This document shows positions 47,126-57,843 of a stretch of DNA of 64,000 nt, one piece after another. Made by a program: the position numbers and the translations under genes. Every line of letters starts with the position of its first letter. Position 1 is the first letter of the stretch. The stretch is from NCBI GenBank assembly GCA_963708025.1, contig CAVPSB010000010.1:96001-160000 (forward strand), read 5' to 3'. Below the pieces are notes generated by a model, which was not told where the DNA came from, ran no database searches, and saw only the letters and a list, made by a program, of their open reading frames with translations. The stretch comes from an uncultured Candidatus Rokubacteria bacterium (GTDB lineage Bacteria > Methylomirabilota > Methylomirabilia > Rokubacteriales > DASRDR01).

Positions 47126-48024
47126 GGGGACATGCCCCGGCACCGGACCTCGTGGACGAGTTTCTCCAGAGTCTCCGGGTGGAGGACGGCGCCTCACCCC
47201 TGACCGTGAGCGCGTACCGGCGCGATCTCCGCCGGCTCGCCGCCTTCCTCGTCGCCCGCCACCGCGCCCTCGAGACGGCGGGTCCCGCCGACCTGGTGGC
47301 GCACCTGGGCGCGCTTCACGCCCGCGGGCTCGGGCCGCGCACCCGCGCCCGCCAGATCGCCGCCATCCGCGGCCTCTACCGCTTCGCCCGCGCCGCCGGC
47401 CGCATTGCCGACGATCCGGCCGCCCTGCTCGAGAGCCCGCGGCTGCCGCGCCGGCTCCCCCGCGCCCTCTCGCGGGCCGACGCCCAGGCGCTGGTCGAGG
47501 CCCCCGGGGGTGACGGTCCCCGCAGCCTGCGTGACCGCGCCATCCTGGAATTGCTGTACGGATCCGGGCTCCGGGCGTCCGAGATCGTCGGGCTGCGGCC
47601 CGGCGACCTCGACCTCCACGGGCAGTTCCTCGTCTGCCACGGCAAGGGCTCCCGCCAGCGGCTGGTGCCCGTCGGCGGCGAGGCGCGCAAGGCGCTGCGC
47701 GCGTATCTCGACCACGCGCGGCCGGTCCTCGTCCGCCGGCGGGAGCCCGACACGCTCTTCGTCAACCATCGGGGCCGGCCGCTGTCCCGGCAGGGGCTGT
47801 GGGGCCTCGTCCGCCGCTACGCCGGTCGCCTGGGGCTGCCCCGGGCGTTTCCGCACGCCCTGCGGCACTCCTTCGCGAGCCACCTGCTCGAGGGCGGCGC
47901 CGACCTGCGCTCCGTGCAGGCGCTGCTCGGCCACGCCGACATCGGGACGACCGAGGTATACACGCACCTGCCAACGGACGCGGTCCGGCGGATGTATCGC
48001 CGGTTTCACCCGAGGGCGGAGTAG
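47122..48024 (+). CDS. xerD: Site-specific tyrosine recombinase, XerD-like
   Basis: RDRAILELLYGSGLRASE, HALRHSFASHLL, LLGHADIGTTEVYTH, C-terminal FHPRA. Confidence 0.85.
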   Translation: MRGHAPAPDLVDEFLQSLRVEDGASPLTVSAYRRDLRRLAAFLVARHRALETAGPADLVAHLGALHARGLGPRTRARQIAAIRGLYRFARAAGRIADDPAALLESPRLPRRLPRALSRADAQALVEAPGGDGPRSLRDRAILELLYGSGLRASEIVGLRPGDLDLHGQFLVCHGKGSRQRLVPVGGEARKALRAYLDHARPVLVRRREPDTLFVNHRGRPLSRQGLWGLVRRYAGRLGLPRAFPHALRHSFASHLLEGGADLRSVQALLGHADIGTTEVYTHLPTDAVRRMYRRFHPRAE

Positions 48025-48252
48025 TGCCGTGCCGATAACCGTCGCATCCCGTCGTCCTCGGTCGTCGCCCATCCTCGGCGTATGCGGCATACGCCTGCGG
48101 TGGGCGACTCCCTGCGTCCTGGGGCTGCTCGGTTCTCGGCCCGCCTTGTGGCACTGTGACCCGAGCGATGCGGTCCGGCGGATGTATCGCCGGTTCCACC
48201 CACGGGCCGAGTGATGCGGATGTGCCGGCGGATCCACCCGAGGGCGACCTGA
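47971..48252 (+). repeat. Three copies of the xerD 3' end (47971-48024, 48161-48214, 48217-48252)
   Basis: They encode PTDAVRRMYRRFHPRAE*, PSDAVRRMYRRFHPRAE* and RMCRRIHPRAT*. Confidence 0.9.
48022..48156 (+). mobile_element. Family A element, copy 6
   Basis: Begins at the xerD TAG; contains the ggcgtatgc-g-gcatacgcc hairpin module; short inverted ends agtgcc / ggcact. Confidence 0.85.
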
Positions 48253-49988
48253 TGGTCGTGCGCCGCGCGACGTACCCCCAGGTGGAGCCGCGGGCGGGGG
48301 ACCTGATGACGCCGGCGGTGGCGGTGGCGCCGCGGAGGCTGACCCTGGCGGCGGCCGCCGTGCTCGCCCGCCGCCGCCGCGCGCGCTTCGTGGTCGCGCG
48401 GCTCGGATCCGGGTGGGGCGCGGTGACACGCCAGGTCCTCGAGCGCGCGCTGGCACTCGACCGGCGGCTCGGCCGGGCTCCGCTCGACCTGGTCCTCTGG
48501 GGCGCGCCCGTGGTTTCGGCCGCGACTCCCGAGGTGACGGTGCGCCGGGAGCTGGGACCGGCCACGCCGTTCGTGGTGGTATTCGGCGGCGGCGGGACGC
48601 CGCTGGGGGTAGTGTCGGGGGACATGGGGGCGCGACGGGCCCTCCCGCGCTCGGCGGTCGAGGCCCTGGGCCGGCTCGACCCGGGGACCCTCGAGCTCCT
48701 GCGAGCCGCCGGCCGGCTCGGGCCGGAGTCCGGCCAGCCGGTCGCCGCCGTCGGCGGGATCGTCCGCGACCTGCTGCTGGGACGCCTGACCGCGCCGCCC
48801 CGCGACCTCGACGTGGCCGTCGAGGGGGATGGGCGCCTCCTGGCCCGGCAGCTGGCCCGGGCCCTCGGCGGCCGAGTGCGGCAGCACGACGCCTTCCTGA
48901 CCGCGACGGTGACGCTCGCCGACGGGCGGAGGGTGGACGTCGTGACCGCGCGGCGGGAAGGGTACCGGCGACCGGGCGCGCTCCCCATCGTGGAGCCCGC
49001 CACGCTGGAGGAGGATTTGGGGCGCCGCGACTTCTCCATCAATGCCCTCGCGGTCCGCCTCGATGGCGACGCCTGGGGGCAGGTCCTGGATCCAGTGGGC
49101 GGGCTGGCGGACCTCGCGGCGCGGCGCCTCCGTGTGCTCCACCCGCTCTCGTTCGTGGAGGACCCGACCCGGATCTTCCGGGCGGCGCGCTTCGCGGCAC
49201 GACTCGGGTTCCGCCTGGAGACGGCGACCCGGCGGCTGCTGGTGGGGGCGGCGCCGCTCCCCGTGTACGAGGCGCTCTCCGGCGATCGGCTGATGGCCGA
49301 ACTGGACGCCATCCTCGACGAGCCGGCCCCGGCCGCCGTGCTGGCGGCGCTGAGCCGGCTGGGCGCCTTCCGGCTCGTCTTGCCCGGCTACCGGCGCTCG
49401 CCCGGGGCCGACACCGCCCTGGCCCGGGCGGCCGAGGCCGCGCGGGCCGCGCCATTGCCCCGCGACGTCGAAGCCGCGCTCGTCCTGCTCGCGCTGGGAG
49501 CCCACCTGCGGGGGGAGGCGGCCGAGGCCTGGGTCGCGCGCTGGGGCGTCCCCGCGCCGATGCGGGCGGCGATCGCCCGGGCTCGGGAGGAGGCGCCGGC
49601 GCTGGGGCGCCGGCTCGCCCGGGCCGCCGACGCGGGGGAGGCGTACGCGGTCCTGCGCGGCGTGCCGGTGCTGACCGCCGCGTGGGCCCATGCACGGGCC
49701 CGCGAGGCCCGCGGCCGCCGGCACGTCCTCGACTATCTCGGGGCGTGGCGCGCCCTGCCGTCGCTCCTGAACGGCGAGGACCTGAAGGCCCTCGGGCTGG
49801 CGCCTGGTCCGCTCTTCGGCCGGCTGCTGGCGGGTGTCCGGATGGCCCAGGTCACCGGGCGCGTGCGCACCCAGGCCGAGGCCGCGGCCTGGGTGCGGCG
49901 GACCCTGGTCGGGGCGAGCGGGGCGGGGACGGGCGGCGCGACTAACGGATCGAGTCCGGATCCGAAAGGAGGAGGCGTGTGGCGATGA
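48252..49988 (+). CDS. CCA tRNA nucleotidyltransferase/poly(A) polymerase family with degenerate CBS-like N-terminus
   Basis: [41 protein letters not shown] 48252. Confidence 0.85.
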   Translation: MVVRRATYPQVEPRAGDLMTPAVAVAPRRLTLAAAAVLARRRRARFVVARLGSGWGAVTRQVLERALALDRRLGRAPLDLVLWGAPVVSAATPEVTVRRELGPATPFVVVFGGGGTPLGVVSGDMGARRALPRSAVEALGRLDPGTLELLRAAGRLGPESGQPVAAVGGIVRDLLLGRLTAPPRDLDVAVEGDGRLLARQLARALGGRVRQHDAFLTATVTLADGRRVDVVTARREGYRRPGALPIVEPATLEEDLGRRDFSINALAVRLDGDAWGQVLDPVGGLADLAARRLRVLHPLSFVEDPTRIFRAARFAARLGFRLETATRRLLVGAAPLPVYEALSGDRLMAELDAILDEPAPAAVLAALSRLGAFRLVLPGYRRSPGADTALARAAEAARAAPLPRDVEAALVLLALGAHLRGEAAEAWVARWGVPAPMRAAIARAREEAPALGRRLARAADAGEAYAVLRGVPVLTAAWAHARAREARGRRHVLDYLGAWRALPSLLNGEDLKALGLAPGPLFGRLLAGVRMAQVTGRVRTQAEAAAWVRRTLVGASGAGTGGATNGSSPDPKGGGVWR

Positions 49989-51598
49989 AGTACATCTTCG
50001 TGACCGGCGGCGTCGTGTCGTCGCTCGGCAAGGGACTGGCGGCGTCCTCGATCGGGTGCCTGCTGGAAGCCCGCGGCTTCCAGGTGACGCTCCTGAAGAT
50101 GGACCCCTACATCAACGTGGACGCCGGAACCATGAGCCCGTACCAGCACGGTGAGGTCTTCGTCACCGACGACGGCGGGGAAACCGACCTCGACCTCGGC
50201 CACTACGAGCGGTTCACGCGGGCCCGGATGACGCGGGACCACAATGTGACCACCGGGAAGGTCTACCACACGGTCATCACCCGGGAGCGGCGCGGCGACT
50301 ACCTGGGTCACACCGTCCAGGTGATCCCCCACATCACGGACGAGATCAAGGCGTCGATCCGCAAGGTGAGCCACGACGTCGACGTCGTCATCGTCGAGGT
50401 CGGCGGCACGGTGGGCGACATCGAGGGGCTGCCGTTCCTAGAAGCGGTGCGCCAGTTCAAGAAGGATGTCGGCAAGGAGAACGTGATCTACATCCACCTG
50501 ACGCTGGTCCCGTTCATCCAGGCCGCCTCCGAGCTGAAGACCAAGGCGACCCAGCACTCGGTGAAGGAGCTACGCGCGATCGGGATCCAGCCGGACATCG
50601 TGCTCTGCCGCACCGACCGCTTCCTGCCGCGGGGGATCAAGTCGAAGATCGCGCTCTTCTGCGACGTGGAGGAGGAGGCCGTCATCACGGCCAAGGACGT
50701 GGAGACGATCTACGAGGTCCCCCTCGTCTTCCACCAGGAGGGACTGGACGGCATCATCGTCAAGGCCCTGGGGCTGCCGTCCCGACCGATCGACCTCACC
50801 GCCTGGGAGGCCATGGTCGGCCGGATCAAGAATCCGGTGCGCACCGTCCGGATCGCGGTGGTCGGCAAGTACATCGAGCTCAAGGACTCGTACAAAAGCC
50901 TGGCCGAGGCGCTGACCCACGGCGGGATCGCCCACGAAGCGCGGGTGGACGTCCGGTGGACCGACGCCGAGCAGCTCCTGCAGGACGGGGCGGCGGCCCA
51001 CCTCGCCGACATCGACGGCGTGCTGGTGCCGGGCGGTTTCGGCGATCGCGGGATCGAGGGCAAGATCGAGGCCATCCGCTACGCCCGCGAGCACGGCATC
51101 CCGTTCCTCGGGATCTGCCTCGGGCTCCAGTGCGCCGTCGTGGAGTTCGCCCGGCGGGTGGCCGGGCTGGAAGCGGCCAATTCCGCCGAGTTCGATCGCG
51201 GCACGCCCTACCCGGTGATCGACCTCCTGCCGGAGCAGCGGGAGGTGGAGGACAAGGGTGGGACCATGCGGCTCGGGCTCTACCCGATCGCGATCGTCGA
51301 GGGCTCGCTGGCCCATCGCATCTACGGCACGCTCCAGATCGAGGAGCGCCACCGCCACCGCTACGAGGTCTCGAACGAGTACCGGCGGATCCTGGAAAAG
51401 AACGGCTTCCGGGTCTCGGGCATCTGGCCCGAGAAGCAGCTGGTGGAGATCGTGGAGCTGCCCGATCACCCCTGGTTCATCGCCAGCCAGTTCCACCCGG
51501 AGTTCCGCTCGCGGCCGTGGGCGCCTCATCCGCTGTTTGCCGGGTTCATCGGCGCCGCGGCCGCCCGCCGGGCAACGGCCAGCGGGCGGGGCCGATGA
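49979..51598 (+). CDS. pyrG: CTP synthase
   Basis: [34 protein letters not shown]; the stop codon lies inside repeat A copy 7. Confidence 0.98.
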   Translation: MAMKYIFVTGGVVSSLGKGLAASSIGCLLEARGFQVTLLKMDPYINVDAGTMSPYQHGEVFVTDDGGETDLDLGHYERFTRARMTRDHNVTTGKVYHTVITRERRGDYLGHTVQVIPHITDEIKASIRKVSHDVDVVIVEVGGTVGDIEGLPFLEAVRQFKKDVGKENVIYIHLTLVPFIQAASELKTKATQHSVKELRAIGIQPDIVLCRTDRFLPRGIKSKIALFCDVEEEAVITAKDVETIYEVPLVFHQEGLDGIIVKALGLPSRPIDLTAWEAMVGRIKNPVRTVRIAVVGKYIELKDSYKSLAEALTHGGIAHEARVDVRWTDAEQLLQDGAAAHLADIDGVLVPGGFGDRGIEGKIEAIRYAREHGIPFLGICLGLQCAVVEFARRVAGLEAANSAEFDRGTPYPVIDLLPEQREVEDKGGTMRLGLYPIAIVEGSLAHRIYGTLQIEERHRHRYEVSNEYRRILEKNGFRVSGIWPEKQLVEIVELPDHPWFIASQFHPEFRSRPWAPHPLFAGFIGAAAARRATASGRGR

Positions 51599-51856
51599 GA
51601 CACCCTGTGTCAACCCTCTCGTTCCGCCGACCTCGTACCGCGTCGGGACTGTGGGGCGCCCCCCCTCCCCCCGGCGGGTGGGGAGGGGTCGGGGGTGGGG
51701 GTGGACCCCGATGAGCGTCGCCACGTTCATCTCGGTCGGGACGCGCTCGGCCTGCGTCGATCGGCCAGCCTTCGGCCTGGGGGCGCTGCTCGCTCCTCGG
51801 CCCCGCCCCCGAGAACGGGCTCGTCTATCGCCGATTCGGCGAATCAGGGACTCTAG
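51579..51856 (+). mobile_element. Family A element, copy 7, composite with a nested family B copy (about 51655-51708)
   Basis: CCAG-cgggcggggccgatga left end, B-like C/G runs, A modules, right end and tail ending CTAG at 51853-51856. Confidence 0.85.
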
Positions 51857-52687
51857 GTGACGGCGCCCGTCCAGATCGGCTCGATCCGGATCGGCGAGGG
51901 CGCCCCGCTGGCGCTGATCGCCGGCCCCTGCGCCATCGAGGACGAGGCCCACGCCCTTCGCACCGCCGAGCTCCTGGTCCGGGTCGCCGCCGAGGGCAAG
52001 GTCCCCTTCGTCTACAAATCGTCCTACGACAAGGCGAACCGCTCCGCCCTCGCCTCCTACCGGGGTCCGGGCCTTCGCGCGGGCCTGCGCATCCTCGCGC
52101 GGGTGCGGGAGGCCCTCGGCTGCCCGGTGCTCTCCGACGTCCACCTCCCCGACGAGGTGCCGGCCGCGGCGGAGATTCTCGACTGCCTCCAGGTCCCGGC
52201 GTTCCTGTGCCGGCAGACCGACCTGGTGGTCGCCTGCGGCCGGAGCGGTCGGCCCGTCAACGTGAAGAAGGGCCAGTTCATGGCCCCCTGGGACATGGGC
52301 AACGTCGTGGAGAAGCTCCGGGCCAGCGGGGCGACGGGGGTGACGCTGACCGAGCGGGGCGCGAGCTTCGGTTACAACAACCTGGTGGTGGACTTCCGGA
52401 GCCTGGCCATCATGCGGGGCTTCGGGACGCCCGTGGTCTTCGACGCGACCCACTCGGTGCAGCTCCCGGGCGGGGAGGGGACGCGCTCGGGCGGCGAGCG
52501 CCAGTACGTCGCGGCGCTCGCCCGGGCGGCGGTGGCCTTCGGCGTCGATGCCCTCTTCATGGAGGTCCACGAGGCGCCGGACCGCGCTCCCTCGGACGGC
52601 CCGACCATGCTTCCGCTGGCCGAGCTGCCCCGGCTGCTCGACGAGGTCCAGGCGCTCCGCGCGGTGTTGGCGAGGTCCGGACGATGA
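51857..52687 (+). CDS. kdsA: KDO8P synthase
   Basis: IAGPC, SYDKANRS, PAFLCRQTDL, KKGQF, ERG, DATHSVQ. Confidence 0.96.
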   Translation: MTAPVQIGSIRIGEGAPLALIAGPCAIEDEAHALRTAELLVRVAAEGKVPFVYKSSYDKANRSALASYRGPGLRAGLRILARVREALGCPVLSDVHLPDEVPAAAEILDCLQVPAFLCRQTDLVVACGRSGRPVNVKKGQFMAPWDMGNVVEKLRASGATGVTLTERGASFGYNNLVVDFRSLAIMRGFGTPVVFDATHSVQLPGGEGTRSGGERQYVAALARAAVAFGVDALFMEVHEAPDRAPSDGPTMLPLAELPRLLDEVQALRAVLARSGR

Positions 52688-53649
52688 CGCCCGACGAGAT
52701 CCTCAAGACCGCTCGCCGCGTGCTCGAGGTGGAGGCGGAGGCCGTCCGGGCGCTGACCGAGCGGCTGGACGACCGGTTCACGCGGGCTGTGCAACTGCTC
52801 CTGGCCTGCCGGGGGCGCGTCGTCGTGACCGGGATCGGGAAATCGGGGCTCGTGGCCCGGAAGCTGGCGGCCACCCTCGCCGCCACCGGGACGCCGGCGC
52901 TCTTCCTTCACCCGGCCGAGGCGGTGCACGGCGACCTCGGCATGGTCGTCCGGGGCGACGTGGTGGTCGCGCTCTCGAACAGCGGGGAGACCGGCGAGCT
53001 CCTGGCCCTGCTTCCCTCCATCAAGCGCATCGGCGCCCCCCTGATCGTTCTCACCGGCAGCGTCGGCTCCCGGCTGGCCGGGCACGGGGACGTCGTGCTG
53101 GACGTCTCGGTCCAGGAGGAGGCGTGCCCGCTCAACCTCACCCCGACCGCGTTGACCACCGCGACGCTCGCACTCGGGGACGCGCTGGCGGTGGCGCTCC
53201 TGGCGCGCCGGGGAATCAGCCCGGAAGACGTGGCGCGGGTTCACCCGGGGGGCGCGCTGGGCCGGCGCCTGATCCAGGTCGAGGAGCTGATGCACCGCGG
53301 GGCGGCGGTGCCCCGCGTCCGGGAGGACGCCCCGCTGGGCGAGGCCCTGGGCGAGATGACCGCCAAGCGGCTCGGTTGCACGACCGTGGTGGACGGAGAC
53401 GGGCGGCTGGCGGGGATCATCACGGACGGCGACGTCCGCCGCGCGGTCGAGCGGGGAGGGGTGGTGCCGGCGACCGCCGGCGACCTGATGTCGCGCCGGC
53501 CGAAGACCGTGGGGCGGACCGAGCTGGCGGCGGCGGCTCTCGCGCTCATGGAGCGCCACGCCATCACGCAGCTCCTCGTCGTGGACGACGAAGGGCGGCC
53601 GGACGGGATCCTGCACCTCCACGATCTCCTGCGCGCGACCATCGCATGA
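52684..53649 (+). CDS. kdsD: Arabinose-5-phosphate isomerase (KpsF/GutQ; SIS+CBS)
   Basis: GIGKSG, EAVHGDLG, SNSGET, HPGGALG. Confidence 0.93.
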   Translation: MTPDEILKTARRVLEVEAEAVRALTERLDDRFTRAVQLLLACRGRVVVTGIGKSGLVARKLAATLAATGTPALFLHPAEAVHGDLGMVVRGDVVVALSNSGETGELLALLPSIKRIGAPLIVLTGSVGSRLAGHGDVVLDVSVQEEACPLNLTPTALTTATLALGDALAVALLARRGISPEDVARVHPGGALGRRLIQVEELMHRGAAVPRVREDAPLGEALGEMTAKRLGCTTVVDGDGRLAGIITDGDVRRAVERGGVVPATAGDLMSRRPKTVGRTELAAAALALMERHAITQLLVVDDEGRPDGILHLHDLLRATIA

Positions 53650-54191
53650 GGGGCGGCCGCCGGAGGCGACCGCCCTCGCGGGCGCAGCTGCGGCGCATCC
53701 GCCTGCTCATCCTCGACGTTGACGGCGTGCTCACCGACGGCCGGCTCTACCTGGGACCGGACGAGGGAGAGTGGAAGAGCTTCCACGTCCACGATGGGCT
53801 CGCGCTCGTCCGCGCCGTGGCGGCGCGCTTCCCGGTGGCGATCGTCTCCTCGCGTAGCGCCCCGGCCGTGGCCCGGCGGTTCGCGGAGCTCGGGGTGGCC
53901 GAGGTCCACCAGGGCGTCGCCGACAAGCTGGCGCTCTACGAGGCGCTCTGCGCGCGGCACGATTGCCGCGACGCGGACGTCGCCTGCATGGGCGATGATC
54001 TGCCCGATCTCCCGCTCCTCCGGCGTGCCGGGCTCGCGCTGGCCCCGGCCGACGCCGTGCCCGAGGTCCGGCGGGCCGCCCACTGGGTCAGCCGGATGGG
54101 CGGGGGCCGGGGCGCCGTGCGCGAGGTGCTCGAGGCCTTGCTCCGGGCGCGCGATGCCTGGGAGACCGACCCGGCTATCCGGGCGCACTGA
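53646..54191 (+). CDS. kdsC: KDO8P phosphatase (HAD)
   Basis: DVDGVLTDG, GDDLPD, GGRGAVRE. Confidence 0.92.
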   Translation: MRGGRRRRPPSRAQLRRIRLLILDVDGVLTDGRLYLGPDEGEWKSFHVHDGLALVRAVAARFPVAIVSSRSAPAVARRFAELGVAEVHQGVADKLALYEALCARHDCRDADVACMGDDLPDLPLLRRAGLALAPADAVPEVRRAAHWVSRMGGGRGAVREVLEALLRARDAWETDPAIRAH

Positions 54192-54341
54192 TTGAGATTC
54201 CACGGGGCTCCCGGGCCGGCCGCCCGGGGGCGGGCGGCTCCTGTCATGTGGGCGAAATCCCCCTACGGATTCTTCGTTTACACCCGGCACGCTTTATGCT
54301 AGCGTGCGGTCAGACTTGAGGTCGGCACCGAGCGAGCCTCC

Positions 54342-54929
54342 ATGCGGCGACTCTCGATCGTCTTCCTAGCGTGCTTCGTGGCCCTCCTGGTCGGGCTGGG
54401 GGGGATGATTGCGTGGAAAATCCGGGGCCGCTCGACCCCGGCGCCCCCACCGACCACGGCCCAGGACGCCGACTACCGGATCCGTGAGATCCACATCAAC
54501 GAGACCCTGGAGGGGAACCTGCGCTGGACCCTGGACGCGGATCAGGCCGAGGTCTTCGACAAGGAGCAGCGCACGGTCATGAAGAAGGTGGTCGTCCGCG
54601 TCTTCTCGAAGAACGCGGAGTGGACGGTCACGGCCGACGAGGGCGTGATGGGCAACGAGACGCGGGACGTGACGGTGACGGGCAACGTGGTGGTGACCTC
54701 GAACGACGGCCTCACCATCAAGACGCCCGAGCTGTTCTGGCGGAACAAGGACCGGAACCTCTACACGGAGCAAGCCGTCGAGATCAAGCGGACGGGCACG
54801 ACCATCACGGCACAAGGAATGGACGTCCGGATGCAGGACCAGGAGGCGGTGCTCCAGAAGAAGGTCCGGGTGGTCATCGAGAATCGCGCCAACGCCAACC
54901 TGGCGTTGTTCCCAAGGAGTGGCTCATGA
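54342..54929 (+). CDS. lptC: LPS export protein LptC
   Basis: Single N-terminal TM, beta-jellyroll pattern, synteny kdsC-lptC-lptA-lptB. Confidence 0.85.
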   Translation: MRRLSIVFLACFVALLVGLGGMIAWKIRGRSTPAPPPTTAQDADYRIREIHINETLEGNLRWTLDADQAEVFDKEQRTVMKKVVVRVFSKNAEWTVTADEGVMGNETRDVTVTGNVVVTSNDGLTIKTPELFWRNKDRNLYTEQAVEIKRTGTTITAQGMDVRMQDQEAVLQKKVRVVIENRANANLALFPRSGS

Positions 54930-55552
54930 GTCGCAGGAGTCTGGTGATCGTGGTGGTGGGGGTCGCGTTCGGTCTCACGGTCGGCGTCGGGGCCGGCGGA
55001 GCCCAGACCCGGACGCCGGCGCCCAAGCCCGGCGCCCCGGCGCCGAAGGCGTCGGGGGCGACCCCCGGGTCGAAGCCGGGTGCGCGGTCGAACTCGCCGA
55101 TCGTGATCGACGCCGACCGGATGGCCGCGTCGAAGAAGGACGGCATCGTCATCTTCGAGGGCAACGTGGTGGCCAAGCAGGACAACTCGGTTCAGACCGC
55201 CGACCGGATGGAGGTCTACCTGGACGACAAGGGCGAGCGCGTCCTGCGCATCGTGTCGACCGGGAACGTGAAGATCGTGACCGAGGACTGCCGGACCGGC
55301 ACCGCCAAGCGCGCGGAGTACTACGACGACGAGCAGCGACTCCTCTTGCTGGGTGACGCCAAGGTCTGGCAGGAGGAGAACGTGGTGACCGGGGAGGAGA
55401 TCGAGATCCTGCTCGCCGAGGACCGCAGCACGGTGAAGGGCGGTTCCCAGCGGGTCAAGTCGGTGTTCTATCCCAAGCGCGAGGAGGCCAAGCCGGACGC
55501 GGCCGCCCCGGCGGCCAAGAAGGAGGAGAAGAAGTCGGCCTCCTGCGGGTAA
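54926..55552 (+). CDS. lptA: LPS export periplasmic protein LptA
   Basis: PIVIDADRM, FEGNVVAKQ, TGNV; ATGA overlap; synteny. Confidence 0.88.
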   Translation: MSRRSLVIVVVGVAFGLTVGVGAGGAQTRTPAPKPGAPAPKASGATPGSKPGARSNSPIVIDADRMAASKKDGIVIFEGNVVAKQDNSVQTADRMEVYLDDKGERVLRIVSTGNVKIVTEDCRTGTAKRAEYYDDEQRLLLLGDAKVWQEENVVTGEEIEILLAEDRSTVKGGSQRVKSVFYPKREEAKPDAAAPAAKKEEKKSASCG

Positions 55553-55593
55553 GGGCCGCGTCCGTCGCCCGTAGGGCGCGGACAACCGAATAG

Positions 55594-56313
55594 ATGGGCC
55601 TGGAGGCGCGGGGGCTCCAGAAGAGCTTCTGGCAGCGAAAGGTCGTTGACAACGTCAACCTGGTCATCAATCCGGGTGAGGTCGTCGGGTTGCTGGGCCC
55701 CAACGGCGCCGGCAAGACGACCACGTTCTACATGGTGGTGGGGCTCCTGCCCCCCGACCGGGGCCGGATCCTGCTGGACGGCGCCGACATCACGGCGCTC
55801 CCGATGTACCGCCGGTCCCGGCGGGGAATCGGGTATCTCCCGCAGGAGTCGTCGGTCTTCCGGAAGCTGACGGTGGAGGAGAACCTGTTGGCGATCCTCG
55901 AGACGCTGGACCTGACGGCCCGGGAGCGGGATGAGCGCCTCCACGCGCTGCTGCGCGAGCTCGCCCTGGACGGCCTGGCCAAGCAGCGGGCCTTCACCCT
56001 CTCCGGCGGCGAGCGCCGGCGGCTGGAGATCACGCGGGCGCTCATCAGCTCGCCGAGCTTCCTCCTGCTCGACGAGCCCTTCACCGGCATCGACCCGATT
56101 GCCATCGCGGACATCCAGGAGATCATCTCGCGGCTGAAACAGAAGGGCATCGGCGTCCTGATCACGGACCACAACGTCCGGGAGACCCTGCAGATCACCG
56201 ACCGGTCGTACATCCTCTACGACGGACAGATTCTGGTCGCCGGGACGTCGAAGGAGCTCGCGACCAACGAGCGGGCTCGAGAGATCTACCTCGGTGAGAA
56301 GTTCTCGCTCTGA
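55594..56313 (+). CDS. lptB: LPS export ABC ATPase
   Basis: [39 protein letters not shown]. Confidence 0.96.
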   Translation: MGLEARGLQKSFWQRKVVDNVNLVINPGEVVGLLGPNGAGKTTTFYMVVGLLPPDRGRILLDGADITALPMYRRSRRGIGYLPQESSVFRKLTVEENLLAILETLDLTARERDERLHALLRELALDGLAKQRAFTLSGGERRRLEITRALISSPSFLLLDEPFTGIDPIAIADIQEIISRLKQKGIGVLITDHNVRETLQITDRSYILYDGQILVAGTSKELATNERAREIYLGEKFSL

Positions 56314-56361
56314 CATGTCGGGCTGCACACGCTCAGTGGTGGCCTGGTAGGAGATTCGACC

Positions 56362-57810
56362 ATGGCCATGGAAGCTCGTCTCACGCTCCGGCAGACCCAG
56401 CGGCTCGTGATGACGCCGATGCTGCAGCAGGCCATCCAGCTCCTGCAGCTCTCGACGATCGAGCTTCAGGAGCTGCTCCAGAAGGAGCTGACGGAGAACC
56501 CGATGCTCGAGGAGTCGCCGGTCGAGGAAGGGCCGGCGCCGGAGCCGGTGCCCGACGTCCCGGCGGCCGAGGCCCCACCCTCCGACGCCCCCGCCGCCAC
56601 CGAGACAACGCCGGAGGCTCCCGATCTGCCGTTCGACCTGACCGAGATCATGTTCGGCCCGCCCGACGAGCGGACCCTGGTCCAGCAGGAGCAGCACGAG
56701 GAGACGCGGTTCGAGAACTTCGTGGGCGGGACCACCTCGCTGGCCGATCACCTCTACGAGCAGCTCCGGCTTTCGGTGTCCGAGGGCGACGTGCGGCAGG
56801 CGGCCGACGAGATCATCGGCAACCTCGACGAGGAGGGGTATCTCCGGGCGACGCTCGCCGAGATGGCCGAGAAGACCCGACTCTCCGCCGCCGTCTTCGA
56901 GAAGGCGCTGGCCCTCGTCCAGACCTTCGATCCCCCGGGGGTGGCCGCCCGGGACCTACGGGAGTGCCTGCTCATTCAGCTCCGCGAGCAGACCGACCCC
57001 GACCCGCTGGCGATCGAGATCCTCGAGAGCCACTTCGAGGCCTTCCAGCGCTGCAAGTACGCGGAGATCGCCCGGGCGCTCAAGCGCGACCCGGACCGCG
57101 TCCAGGAGGCGGTGGAGGAGATCGCCAACCTCGAGCCCAAGCCGGGGCGCCGCTTCGCCCCCTCCGATACCCGGTACGTGGTGCCCGACGTCTACGTGTA
57201 CAAGACGGAGGACGGGTTCGCGATCGTCCTCAACGACGACGGCATCCCGCGCCTCCGCATCAACCCCTATTACCGGAGCATGCTGGGCCGGGACAAAGAC
57301 GATGGGGCCCGCCGGTACGTCGAGGACCGGCTCCGCTCGGCGATCTGGCTCATCAAGAGCGTCCACCAGCGACAGCGGACCCTGTATCGGGTGACGGACT
57401 CGATCGTGAAGTTCCAGAAGGAGTTCCTCGACCACGGGCTGCCCCAGCTCCGGCCGCTTTCGCTGCGGGACGTGGCCGAGGACATCGGGATGCACGAGTC
57501 CACGGTGAGCCGGGTCACGACGAACAAGTACGTCCAGACGCCCCAGGGCCTCTTCGAGCTCAAGTTCTTCTTCCACAGCGGGATCGCCACCGGCCGCGGC
57601 GAGATGGTGTCGTCGATCAGCGTCAAGAAGATGATCCAGGACCTGGTGGCCCAGGAGAATCTCCAGAAGCCGCTCTCGGACCAGGAGATCACGCGAAGCC
57701 TCAAGCAGAGCGGGCTCTCGATCGCCCGGCGCACCGTCGCGAAGTATCGCGAGGAGCTCGGCATCCTGCCGTCGCACCAGCGGAAGCTCGCCACCCGCAA
57801 GCGGGCCTAG
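56362..57810 (+). CDS. rpoN: RNA polymerase sigma-54 factor
   Basis: QQAIQLLQL, HESTVSR, RpoN box ARRTVAKYRE. Confidence 0.98.
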   Translation: MAMEARLTLRQTQRLVMTPMLQQAIQLLQLSTIELQELLQKELTENPMLEESPVEEGPAPEPVPDVPAAEAPPSDAPAATETTPEAPDLPFDLTEIMFGPPDERTLVQQEQHEETRFENFVGGTTSLADHLYEQLRLSVSEGDVRQAADEIIGNLDEEGYLRATLAEMAEKTRLSAAVFEKALALVQTFDPPGVAARDLRECLLIQLREQTDPDPLAIEILESHFEAFQRCKYAEIARALKRDPDRVQEAVEEIANLEPKPGRRFAPSDTRYVVPDVYVYKTEDGFAIVLNDDGIPRLRINPYYRSMLGRDKDDGARRYVEDRLRSAIWLIKSVHQRQRTLYRVTDSIVKFQKEFLDHGLPQLRPLSLRDVAEDIGMHESTVSRVTTNKYVQTPQGLFELKFFFHSGIATGRGEMVSSISVKKMIQDLVAQENLQKPLSDQEITRSLKQSGLSIARRTVAKYREELGILPSHQRKLATRKRA

Positions 57811-57843
57811 CGCCGGTCAGCCGGGCCGGGCGGAGATGTCGGG

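Noticed and set aside
47122-48024. Tyrosine recombinase as a prophage or island integrase
   Set aside because: XerD-like length and motifs, embedded among housekeeping genes, with no cargo.
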